Virus record (IMG/VR): IMGVR_UViG_3300030117_005585
Coordinates: 1-64,000 of that record
Length of the DNA stretch: 64,000 bases
Strand: one strand, 5' to 3'
Origin: a virus
In this document: positions 20,108 to 29,396 of the stretch, piece by piece
How positions within the stretch are numbered: position 1 is the stretch's first letter
How the letters are laid out: every line of letters starts with the position of its first letter
Program-made: the position numbers and the translations under genes
The notes under the pieces: generated by a model
The model's database searches: none
What the model saw: the letters and a program-made list of their open reading frames with translations, nothing else
What the model was told of the DNA's origin: nothing

Positions 20108-23100
20108 CTATACGAACTTTAACATTCCTAATATTTGATTTGCCGGTGCAAATGCACCTGTATATTTATACAACTTTCCTTTAAACATAAAAGTTACACC
20201 CTCTGTTGGAACCACAGCCTTTAACCCACCTATGGCGTTTAATCTGTCCAACTGAGTTTTTAGTGTATACAATACTTTTGGGTCTTTAGAAGTTCTTACT
20301 TTTGAAATAGCCTTAGCTAAATCACTACGAATTTTTTGAACTGCTTGATTGGGATTAGCAGCAATAAAGTCGGATATATTTGACAGAACTTCAGCACCCA
20401 ACTCAAAGAAAAGAACTTCCCAATCTCTGATATGTTTCTTTTGTAACTTTGCATGGTCTAGTTTATCGGTTTTCAAAACCCAATTTAAAAACTTTGGATA
20501 CTTTTCTAAATCTTTTCTTATCTGTGGAATCTTATATGACTTATCGAAAAATGCCCACCTTTTTGTAAGTTTAACAAGCACATTGTTTACTGGATTCGGA
20601 TAATCTGTTTGCTTAGCACCATTGAAGATGTATTCCATCCAATACGCTTGATGATAATCGGCTAATGTATCACTGTCATTTAAATCGTACTGACTTTGTA
20701 ACTTTTTTAATTTATTTAAAAAATAACTTTGTTTATTACTGAAATCTTTTACTTTAGGTAATTTAGTCAAAAAAGGTCCTGTTACACTGAATGTCTTTTG
20801 TACATTTTGATTGATTTGTTTTATCATACCAGCTAAAACTCTGGCACTACCACTATCTGAACCAATTGGTGTACCGTTAGCATCGTATTCTATTGTTCCA
20901 TGAAACTGAAGTAGTGACTTATCATATGGTATTACATTTGATGTCGCTGGATAGATTATCTCTAATGACATAAACTTCTTACCATTACCAAATATTTTGT
21001 CTTTCTGTTTTTCATTCAATCCGCCTATAGCTTTCTGTAAATCAGTCATAGCATAAACAAATGCTTTTTCAATATCACCTCTACCACTGAACATACTTTT
21101 CACACCATTGATATCTAATGAAGCTGCTCCAAAGTTTTTCAAATGTCCTTTGTTTCTAGCAGCTCTTAGTTTACCATTCTTCCAAGTAACCATAATGTTT
21201 TGCCCATCTGTTTTTTCTGCAACTTGTCCTTCATTGTTTAGTTTACCTTGAAGTGTATTAATAATTAGTGTTTTAAAATCCCCAAATGTCAAATTTCTGT
21301 TATCAAAGGGATGATTTAGGTGTCCATAAGCTCCACCCATAAGTAATAACTCCTTTTCTTTACTTCTTTGTTTTAATAAACTTTTTGGATTAATTTGTTC
21401 AAATAAATCTACATCGTAAGAATCTCCATCAGCACCAGCTGCAAATAGTGTACCGATTATATTATCAATAGCAGATTCTGTTCCCATCCAACTAACTACT
21501 TCCCAACCTAATGGCTCCACAACACTACTCATCCAAGTTTTGTAATTATTGACGGCTTTGTTTGAACCCTTCGCCTGTCCATGATCTAAGTAAGAAAGAG
21601 GTACGGATGTGTAGTGTTTTTCGCCTGTCTTTCTTCTTTTATGTACATCATCTGCTTTTGCAACATTATCTTCGGGTTTGATAATCCCATCTCTGTACAT
21701 ATAATCTATGACTGTCCATCCTGTATCTGAGTATAGGGAATCCAACCACTCTTTTGATACCTTTTCGTAAGCACCTAAACTTTGATAATATGTAGAAGGC
21801 CCATCATCTAAGTTACCAGCAGGTGTGCCTGTTGATTCAATTAAAAATTCTTTGATTAATTCATCTGACAATGTGTAGGTTTCGAATAACTTTTTAAATT
21901 TGTTAGTCATCATATTATAAATGCCCCTATCGAAGTAACCGAAAACATCTCTAAATCTTTTCTGTCTTTCACTATCATCAACCATTGGACTACCCAATAA
22001 CTCTCTGGCTTTTGTACCACTAATACTTCCCTGCTGTGGTGCAGTAAGAATGTACCCATGTTCATCAAATCCTTTCATATCTGTTGTATACGGTTTGAAA
22101 TATTTACCACCTAATCTACCCGCATCTTTTTCTCCAACAACATATACAACTGCCGTAGTCTCAGGGTCATATTTTTTCAATAAGTTTTTTGCTACATACG
22201 GAGACTTCTCCATCACAATACGATTTTTCGGTACACCCATTTTAGTCATATGTCGTACCTTTTCTTTGAAACCCATTGGATGTCTTGGTGGTTGTTTAAT
22301 ATCTGATGTAGTTATAAAAGCATCATCCACTCTACCCTTAAGCCATTTGAATGTTGCTAGATGACCTTTATGAAATGGTTGGAAACGACCACCATATATA
22401 CCAATAACTTTTTTTATTTTTTGTTCTTTCAAATTAGACGCACTACTCTCATTTTCTATAATAGAAGCTACGAAATTTTTACTATACAAGTCAAGTACTT
22501 CTTTTATTTTTTTATATCCACTACCATAAGGAACTGAGGTGTTACCTTTTCTCTTCATCTTCTTTACCATCTTACGACTTGGTGATGGTAGTGTACCGGC
22601 AGGTGCTCCAAACTCTTCGTTCTTCTTTTTGGTTTTCTTTTTCATCTTATTGATGTATGCTCTATAGACAGCTGCTTGCGAACTTTTACCCATCTCTCTA
22701 GCTCTCTGTTCCATAGCGACAGCAGCTTGTATCTTATGTGCGTGTGATTTACCACTGCTCTTTATCTTATTTACAGAAGCTCGAGCATCTTTTACTGTGG
22801 CAAACTTCAACCCTTTGATAGTACCTTTAGGATTTTCATCTGTGTATAAATCTGAATGAGATTTTGAACCTCTGTGTTGTCCTTTTTTACGAGGTACGCG
22901 TGGAGCTTCATTTACTTTTTTCACCACTCTGAATTTCAATGCAGGTCTGCCATTGATAAGTAAGTCACCATTGTCATTGAAATTAATGGTTTTAACCACT
23001 ACTTTTTTATTCTTAAATCTACCCATAAGAATAGTATCACCTATTTCTACAGGTATTTTTATATCTTCTACCAGAAAAGGTTTTGTAAGGTATTTAGTGA

Positions 23101-23110
23101 GTTTTTTCAT
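20108..23110 (-). CDS. Multidomain protein: basic modules + HIGH nucleotidyltransferase (cytidylyltransferase-like) + KxDG ligase-like domain
   Basis: YGGRFQPFHKGH (HxGH) and ISGTKAR (KMSKS-like). C-terminal GGAYGHLNHPFD...EKTDGQN...PTEGVTF...YKYTG. Confidence 0.7.
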   Translation of the reverse strand: MKKLTKYLTKPFLVEDIKIPVEIGDTILMGRFKNKKVVVKTINFNDNGDLLINGRPALKFRVVKKVNEAPRVPRKKGQHRGSKSHSDLYTDENPKGTIKGLKFATVKDARASVNKIKSSGKSHAHKIQAAVAMEQRAREMGKSSQAAVYRAYINKMKKKTKKKNEEFGAPAGTLPSPSRKMVKKMKRKGNTSVPYGSGYKKIKEVLDLYSKNFVASIIENESSASNLKEQKIKKVIGIYGGRFQPFHKGHLATFKWLKGRVDDAFITTSDIKQPPRHPMGFKEKVRHMTKMGVPKNRIVMEKSPYVAKNLLKKYDPETTAVVYVVGEKDAGRLGGKYFKPYTTDMKGFDEHGYILTAPQQGSISGTKARELLGSPMVDDSERQKRFRDVFGYFDRGIYNMMTNKFKKLFETYTLSDELIKEFLIESTGTPAGNLDDGPSTYYQSLGAYEKVSKEWLDSLYSDTGWTVIDYMYRDGIIKPEDNVAKADDVHKRRKTGEKHYTSVPLSYLDHGQAKGSNKAVNNYKTWMSSVVEPLGWEVVSWMGTESAIDNIIGTLFAAGADGDSYDVDLFEQINPKSLLKQRSKEKELLLMGGAYGHLNHPFDNRNLTFGDFKTLIINTLQGKLNNEGQVAEKTDGQNIMVTWKNGKLRAARNKGHLKNFGAASLDINGVKSMFSGRGDIEKAFVYAMTDLQKAIGGLNEKQKDKIFGNGKKFMSLEIIYPATSNVIPYDKSLLQFHGTIEYDANGTPIGSDSGSARVLAGMIKQINQNVQKTFSVTGPFLTKLPKVKDFSNKQSYFLNKLKKLQSQYDLNDSDTLADYHQAYWMEYIFNGAKQTDYPNPVNNVLVKLTKRWAFFDKSYKIPQIRKDLEKYPKFLNWVLKTDKLDHAKLQKKHIRDWEVLFFELGAEVLSNISDFIAANPNQAVQKIRSDLAKAISKVRTSKDPKVLYTLKTQLDRLNAIGGLKAVVPTEGVTFMFKGKLYKYTGAFAPANQILGMLKFV

Positions 23111-23158
23111 ATAATCCTAAATCTATTTATTCAATAATAAATATAAAAAAGTTATGTT

Positions 23159-23449
23159 TTAGATTGAACCTGATACTTCTCTTTGATATCTACTTTGATA
23201 TGAGGAATGATTTACAACCTGTTGAACAAAATCGTCTCTACTCGCGGATATTGCGGCAATAGAAGAATCATCCATAAGAATGCTTACCCATTCATTTCTC
23301 ATTCTACTGTAGCAACTCTCAATTTTACCTGTTACTGCGCTTTCCGCCCAATTCTGTGCGGGATTATTCTCATTGTTGACATCCCATAAATCATATTTTA
23401 ATATCTCCATATCGGTATCTGATATAGATTGTGATACTATTGTTGCCAT
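23159..23449 (-). CDS. Small tail-fibre-associated protein (possible assembly chaperone)
   Basis: 96 aa, directly downstream of the C1q-tipped fibre; AGGAG RBS. Confidence 0.5.
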   Translation of the reverse strand: MATIVSQSISDTDMEILKYDLWDVNNENNPAQNWAESAVTGKIESCYSRMRNEWVSILMDDSSIAAISASRDDFVQQVVNHSSYQSRYQREVSGSI

Positions 23450-23465
23450 TTTTTTCTCCTTTGAA

Positions 23466-26400
23466 TTAACCTAAAAAATATCCACCAAAATAAGTCATTA
23501 AAACTGAAGAGTCTCCTTTGACATCAGAGGTGTCTCCTGCGCCACTTTGTGGTGCAACATGCACTTCAGCAGTATCACTAGCATCCATATCAGCTACTAT
23601 TGTGCCATGAAGTGTTATTCCTGATGTGGTGTTACCACTAACCTGACCTACCCTATAGGTTCTGTTACTTGTTACAAATTTCAATGTATAATGTTTACTA
23701 GTATCTAAACCACTTCCCTGAAATCTTATTACAGAGTAAAGAACATACTTACCAGTGCGAGCTGCCGAAAATGTACTTGATGCAAAATTACTCAGTACAT
23801 CATATACTTCAGTAGTGAATGTAATCTTATTATCTGAACCCGCAGTTAAATTATTTTGGTTTGAAGTTTTTCGGGCAAGAAAAGCAGGTTGACGGTCTAG
23901 CTTAATTCCCGAAGAGGTTAAATCTATTACCTTTTGGTTATTTGCATAGAACCGAAGTTGGTTACTATTTGAGGTATCAAAATATGTATCTGAATCACTG
24001 CCACGAAACATTGGTGCTTGAAACCTTTCGACAGCCTTATGAACGCCCCTTGTTGTAATTGCGTCATTAGGGGCCCGTGCATATAAATCAGCTATCACAG
24101 CATTCTCAGTCTCTAATACTGCAAGGTATGGTGCTCTTCTCATTCTCATTTCTGTTATGATGAACCCATCTAAGGTTCCACCACCACCACTGACATTAGC
24201 ATTCAGCTCACCCTTGCCTTGGTATGTACTCATCACATCTGATGTAAAGAAACCAACCTTTAACTCAATTTTGATAGCTGTAGTTAAGGTAAAGGCTTCA
24301 CCTTGAATAGCTGTTCCGGCCGATTTAATCAATTCTGCCTTAGTACACATTGGGATACTCCATATACTCCAATCACCAGTTCCGTTGTGTTTTTGTGCAT
24401 CACCATACATGACAGAATCATCAGAAGCCTTTAAGATTTTGACTTGTGACAGTTGCTGATATCCAGCAAAGTTTCCCGCATCTCTTATTGCGAATTCAAG
24501 AAAACATTCAAATAAATCGCTTTGTGTCAATGGTATGTTGATTTCTGCGCTTGTCAATGTAGTGAAGAGTGAGCCCTGAGTACGAGCAAAACCTGCGGTG
24601 GTTATATCACTTCCATTACCATCGGATAAGTCCACACCCATCTTTGGAATACCACCATGTGTACCAAACGTGCTACCGTAATCATTATGATAAACATTAG
24701 CATCGTATAAATATTTGGATTCTCTGCTATCTGCACTACCTTTTGCTCTACCTTCAGCCTGACCAACAGACTTGAAGACTGATGGTGGAGGATCCGCAGC
24801 CGCATCGCTCCTCGTATCCTCTGGAGTCAATTCCATCTGTGCTACGGTTGGGCTAATTCCATCACCATCAGAGAACTTTATAACGATATTTCTTGGATTT
24901 CCACTACTCAGAGTTGGAGTCCAGCCCCAAGATGAAGCAGATAAATCTGAAAGATGTGCAGATAGGAAACGATTGCTCACAAATGCACTTGTGGTTGTAG
25001 TTTCGTCTATCCAAGTCTCAACAACTTTAAATCCATCATTTGAGCCTGTTGCATTTGCATTAGGAACTAAAGAACCCATCACACTTATATCTTGAAATGT
25101 ACCTTCTTGTGCGCTCAAATCACCGCTCATTGTAACATTACCTTCAGGCGTTAAATGAAAGTTATCTGATTTCATTTCAATATTTCCATTTGAACCACTG
25201 ACGAATTGACTACCACCACCTAAGAGAAAATTAGATGAACTCATAATCAAATCAGTTCCATCAAATAATATTCTACTACCTGTTGGTTGTCCTACACTAA
25301 AAAATTCATTTTTACTATCGATATGAAATTTAGACGAACTGATTTCTATATTACTATTTGAACCACTGACAAAATTTTGATTCAAATCACCAAGTAAAAA
25401 TGTTGGAGCTTCTAATTTGATTTGTGAGCCTGATAGGAAAGCAACTTCACTCATCAATCCAAAGCCTGTAAAGCCTGATGGTACATTTCTACTGCCAGCC
25501 ACACCACTTAAATCTCCAAGTCTAACTTTTAATTCAGTATCATAAATAGCAGAACCAGTTCTTTCAACAATATCCATATAAGGTGTGGCAGTATCATTTG
25601 GATTAGCATTTATTCTTACAAAGCCTGTTCCTATTTTACCAGTAGAAACGATTACTTGACTGCCGGAATAAAATGTTGCAGCACTAGCAGTATCACCTAA
25701 TGATGAACTGTCTTGTCCAGTGGGTTGTGAACCTGAATAACCTCTGATTAAATAAAGTTGTCCCGATAAATCCGTATCACTGCCGGGTGCAGCTAACGAA
25801 GATGATTCAACCCTTACATATTCTGTGGAAAACCCTGTATCCGTTACTTTCTTTAGTACAAGTATTTCACCTACTGAAAAACCTGAAACATTTGCCACAG
25901 ACATTGTTGTTTCGTTTGCTGGATAATTACCTTCTGTTCTTCCGCCTGATGCTAATGTGGTTGGAAATGCAGAAGAGGTTAGTGTAGTGGAATTAGCAAC
26001 ATACAATTGTCCACCTACAGCATTGACACTCTCTTTTTCAAAAGTAGTGGTAGCCATCGTACCACGAATCTTCGCATTCTCTACCTCTAAGAAACCACCT
26101 TGTGCTGCTGTTAGTATAAAACCAGAACCGGCTACATCTTGTTGGAATCCGGCAGATTTAATCGTTCCATTTCTATCCAATACTAATTCACCACCTGTGA
26201 TTTGGTCAGCAGTAATTTCGAACCCACCAATTGTATTACCACCTTGTCCTAATTCTACAAGTATGTCACTATCGGCAACGCCCGTTCCATCAAAAATTTT
26301 CATACCGAATTCACCCGGCGCAGTTTGTCCAAGATGAACTCTGTCATTACTACCGTCACTTACTCTGAATTGCCTACCAGCAGGATCTAAAACCAAACTA

Positions 26401-29138
26401 CCACCAGCACTTTCTATAGAGCCTGTTCCAACAGTCCAACCACCTATTGATGCTGAAACAAATCTAGCTAATCCTTGTGAATTGATACTTGATGAAGCAT
26501 TTAAATCAGTAGATTGTGCAGGACTTCCACCACCATCAACTCCTATAAAAGCAGGTGTTCTGATTGTATTAGCAGTCAAGTCAGCATTAATTGTCGTACC
26601 CGCACCTATAATTAAACTGTCATTTGCAGGATCTAAATGAAATAAAGAAGAACTTATTTCTATGTCTCCACCACTACCACTAATAAACTGTCCAATACCA
26701 CTAGGAGAATTTTCGTGCCTTCTTCCAACAAAAAATGCATCTGCTCTCACATCAAACAGAGACGGATTAGTTCTGAATTTAAATGAACCACTAGCACCTA
26801 CTAATTCTAAACCAACACCAGAATAGTTATCCCCACTATCTGGCAAAACCGAACCACTATAAATCATAAATCCATATGAGCCTGACTGAGCTGATGCTGA
26901 TATAAATCCTTCATATCCAACTGACCTCATAAAGCCTGAACCCTCTGCACCTGCACCACCTGTTTCAGGTAAGGTTGATGTAACACCGCCTAAGTGCATA
27001 CCACCACCTATTGTATCTCCACCGATGAACAAACTACTTTCTAGTACATTATCGTTTCCAGTAATTGTCATATTGGTTCCTTGAAAGATTATATCTTTTT
27101 CATATATGACTGTATCGGAAATATTATTATTTACATCGTAAAATTCAACTAAAAACTCAAACTTATCAGGTCTTTTATGACTTAGAGCAGCAGGCAATTC
27201 TTGTTGAAACTGAAAGAATGATGGTGAAAAACCTGTATCATCTGAGGGTGTTATGGATAAATCAGATACATTCCATTCCCCATGCAAAGCCCTAAGTTGT
27301 AGAACACCACTACCACTAATATTAGGAGTAAAGTTATGAGTTAGTAATCCAAAATCTTTTTTCAAATCATCATCAGAATTTATCTCTAAGGCACCAAGTC
27401 TTTGTCCGTAATCTGATGATTCTTTTATATCTCTACGAGTGTTTGGATAATTATATAAAGACTTTTTTTGTTTCATAGATGAGCCTGAAACATACATTAA
27501 TAGAACGGCAGTTTTATTGTGTTTTCTCTCTCCAACTATTCTACCACTCAATGTGTAATCTATGCCAGGTTTTAATTGAAACGAATATTCGTCTTTTAGC
27601 TGAAATCTGATCTGATGTTCGTCATTGTTCAAGCTACCCGAAATTAGTATTGAGTCCAACATTTTTTCATTAGAATATGAAGCAGACAAATCTGCAGCTG
27701 CCGCCGGCATTTCAAATAAACCATCAGTTCCACCGTAAACATCCCAATAGTCTGATATGTCTTTTTGTTTGATTGGATAGCCTGTTCTTTCTCCCTGTCC
27801 AACTGATGCATCATCAACTAATAACTCACGACCCTCTAATGGAACTTCGGCTAGTAATTTAAAATCATCAAAACCACCTTCACTTTTTACATATACTTTG
27901 ACTTTAAAAATATCACCTGAGAATGTTCTCATAGTGTTTAATTGAATATCAGCATAAGAAACTAAATTTGCTTCAGCATAAGAGCCAGTAGGCATAGATT
28001 CAAAAAGTATCTGTCCTTTTGCAAAAATAGGTAGAACAATATTTTCACCATTATTATTTTTGTTTGTGAATGGAAATTCAACCATAGCAGTTCTGTCATT
28101 CACCAAATCAACTATCGATGCAGTATATGGTGTTGGTGTGACATTTGTGAGAGTGGGTACTTTTGAGGTATCGTATGTTGGAGTTTCTAAATTTAGTCCG
28201 ACATTATCTAGTACATCGGTTGGATAAAATTCTGAGTTTGTGAATAAGTTGCCTAAGGATGAATCAGAGAATTGAACTGTTCCACCAATATGTTTTGTAT
28301 TAAATCTGAATGTTTCATCCCCATCAAAATCACCAATTCTCAGTAAGTAAGGAAATTTAACAGGTGAATTTCTTTTTGCACTAAATCCCGACCTTTTACC
28401 CGCACTATTTTTTCTTAACCCTTTTCTGAACTTTAATTTTCTAGTTTCTACAAAGGCTTTAGAACCTTTTTGTTTTGATGGAGCAGTAGCATCGACTTCG
28501 GATAAAATTCCTTGTGAAATCTCTTCATCTACGGCACCGAATGGTTTAAATAGTAAATCTCTATCGGTTGGAGAACCTTCGATATTAAATAAAGAACTTG
28601 TTATCGAACCAGTAATTTCACTTCTCACCATAGTACCTAACTGAGTTTCAACTACTCTTATTGTTGGTTGATTAAAAAATTTGATTGGTTGAGTGTTTAC
28701 TGCTGTTGGATTGATAATAACTTCTTTTGTCAATCTCACATTGTAAAAACCATCAAACTCTGGCGGAATAGCAGTAGCATTACTGAAAATAGTACCGTCT
28801 TCAGGCACAGTCTCTAATTCACCGACTATAATCAATGTTGCTATTCCCGCAGCAGTATCCGAATATACTTCCATAGAAACTCTACGTGATGTTCCTTCCA
28901 AATAGTCAGCGACAGGTTCAGTGTATATACTATTACCTTCAGAGTCAATAAAATCTATTTGTAATTCTACACCATCCCTCATAAATGGTGAAGTTTCTAT
29001 GAGAAAGGAACTTCTACCTTGAGGTAAACTCTCTGGCATATCTGAGATGATTATATGTTTCGACTTATCTACATCATCAATCAGTACATCTATTTCATCA
29101 AGATCTAAAAGTTCTTTGAATCTTTTTACTATTGCCAT
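23466..29138 (-). CDS. Large virion structural/tail fibre protein with C-terminal C1q-like domain
   Basis: Three FxSGSxxxIExxSxxFHL repeats, IGGW/IGGF fibre motifs and LEVENAKIRG. C-terminal PAFLA...ITFTTEVYD...F...F.A...GKY C1q-type pattern. Confidence 0.7.
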   Translation of the reverse strand: MAIVKRFKELLDLDEIDVLIDDVDKSKHIIISDMPESLPQGRSSFLIETSPFMRDGVELQIDFIDSEGNSIYTEPVADYLEGTSRRVSMEVYSDTAAGIATLIIVGELETVPEDGTIFSNATAIPPEFDGFYNVRLTKEVIINPTAVNTQPIKFFNQPTIRVVETQLGTMVRSEITGSITSSLFNIEGSPTDRDLLFKPFGAVDEEISQGILSEVDATAPSKQKGSKAFVETRKLKFRKGLRKNSAGKRSGFSAKRNSPVKFPYLLRIGDFDGDETFRFNTKHIGGTVQFSDSSLGNLFTNSEFYPTDVLDNVGLNLETPTYDTSKVPTLTNVTPTPYTASIVDLVNDRTAMVEFPFTNKNNNGENIVLPIFAKGQILFESMPTGSYAEANLVSYADIQLNTMRTFSGDIFKVKVYVKSEGGFDDFKLLAEVPLEGRELLVDDASVGQGERTGYPIKQKDISDYWDVYGGTDGLFEMPAAAADLSASYSNEKMLDSILISGSLNNDEHQIRFQLKDEYSFQLKPGIDYTLSGRIVGERKHNKTAVLLMYVSGSSMKQKKSLYNYPNTRRDIKESSDYGQRLGALEINSDDDLKKDFGLLTHNFTPNISGSGVLQLRALHGEWNVSDLSITPSDDTGFSPSFFQFQQELPAALSHKRPDKFEFLVEFYDVNNNISDTVIYEKDIIFQGTNMTITGNDNVLESSLFIGGDTIGGGMHLGGVTSTLPETGGAGAEGSGFMRSVGYEGFISASAQSGSYGFMIYSGSVLPDSGDNYSGVGLELVGASGSFKFRTNPSLFDVRADAFFVGRRHENSPSGIGQFISGSGGDIEISSSLFHLDPANDSLIIGAGTTINADLTANTIRTPAFIGVDGGGSPAQSTDLNASSSINSQGLARFVSASIGGWTVGTGSIESAGGSLVLDPAGRQFRVSDGSNDRVHLGQTAPGEFGMKIFDGTGVADSDILVELGQGGNTIGGFEITADQITGGELVLDRNGTIKSAGFQQDVAGSGFILTAAQGGFLEVENAKIRGTMATTTFEKESVNAVGGQLYVANSTTLTSSAFPTTLASGGRTEGNYPANETTMSVANVSGFSVGEILVLKKVTDTGFSTEYVRVESSSLAAPGSDTDLSGQLYLIRGYSGSQPTGQDSSSLGDTASAATFYSGSQVIVSTGKIGTGFVRINANPNDTATPYMDIVERTGSAIYDTELKVRLGDLSGVAGSRNVPSGFTGFGLMSEVAFLSGSQIKLEAPTFLLGDLNQNFVSGSNSNIEISSSKFHIDSKNEFFSVGQPTGSRILFDGTDLIMSSSNFLLGGGSQFVSGSNGNIEMKSDNFHLTPEGNVTMSGDLSAQEGTFQDISVMGSLVPNANATGSNDGFKVVETWIDETTTTSAFVSNRFLSAHLSDLSASSWGWTPTLSSGNPRNIVIKFSDGDGISPTVAQMELTPEDTRSDAAADPPPSVFKSVGQAEGRAKGSADSRESKYLYDANVYHNDYGSTFGTHGGIPKMGVDLSDGNGSDITTAGFARTQGSLFTTLTSAEINIPLTQSDLFECFLEFAIRDAGNFAGYQQLSQVKILKASDDSVMYGDAQKHNGTGDWSIWSIPMCTKAELIKSAGTAIQGEAFTLTTAIKIELKVGFFTSDVMSTYQGKGELNANVSGGGGTLDGFIITEMRMRRAPYLAVLETENAVIADLYARAPNDAITTRGVHKAVERFQAPMFRGSDSDTYFDTSNSNQLRFYANNQKVIDLTSSGIKLDRQPAFLARKTSNQNNLTAGSDNKITFTTEVYDVLSNFASSTFSAARTGKYVLYSVIRFQGSGLDTSKHYTLKFVTSNRTYRVGQVSGNTTSGITLHGTIVADMDASDTAEVHVAPQSGAGDTSDVKGDSSVLMTYFGGYFLG

Positions 29139-29225
29139 TAATTTTTCCGTGATTTATTATTAATAAATATTACAAAATAAAATATTTATATTTAATAATA
29201 TGTATAATATACGGAGATTATCGGT

Positions 29226-29396
29226 ATGAAAAAGAAATATTCTTTCACTATAGAGGAGTCGCTAATGGATTGGTTTAGAATATATGTAAGAGATGAAAGC
29301 ACTACTATGAGCGCTGTTCTGAATCAACATATACTGAGACTTAAAAGAAATGAGTCTAAGCCTAAAAATTTATTAGTTAGTCAAAAAAGACATTAG
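29226..29396 (+). CDS. Ribbon-helix-helix DNA-binding protein (not in ORF track)
   Basis: Manual translation MKKKYSFTIEESLMDWFRIYVRDESTTMSAVLNQHILRLKRNESKPKNLLVSQKRH fits the RHH pattern. GGAG RBS and plus-strand ATATTTAT at 29182-29189. Confidence 0.7.
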   Translation: MKKKYSFTIEESLMDWFRIYVRDESTTMSAVLNQHILRLKRNESKPKNLLVSQKRH

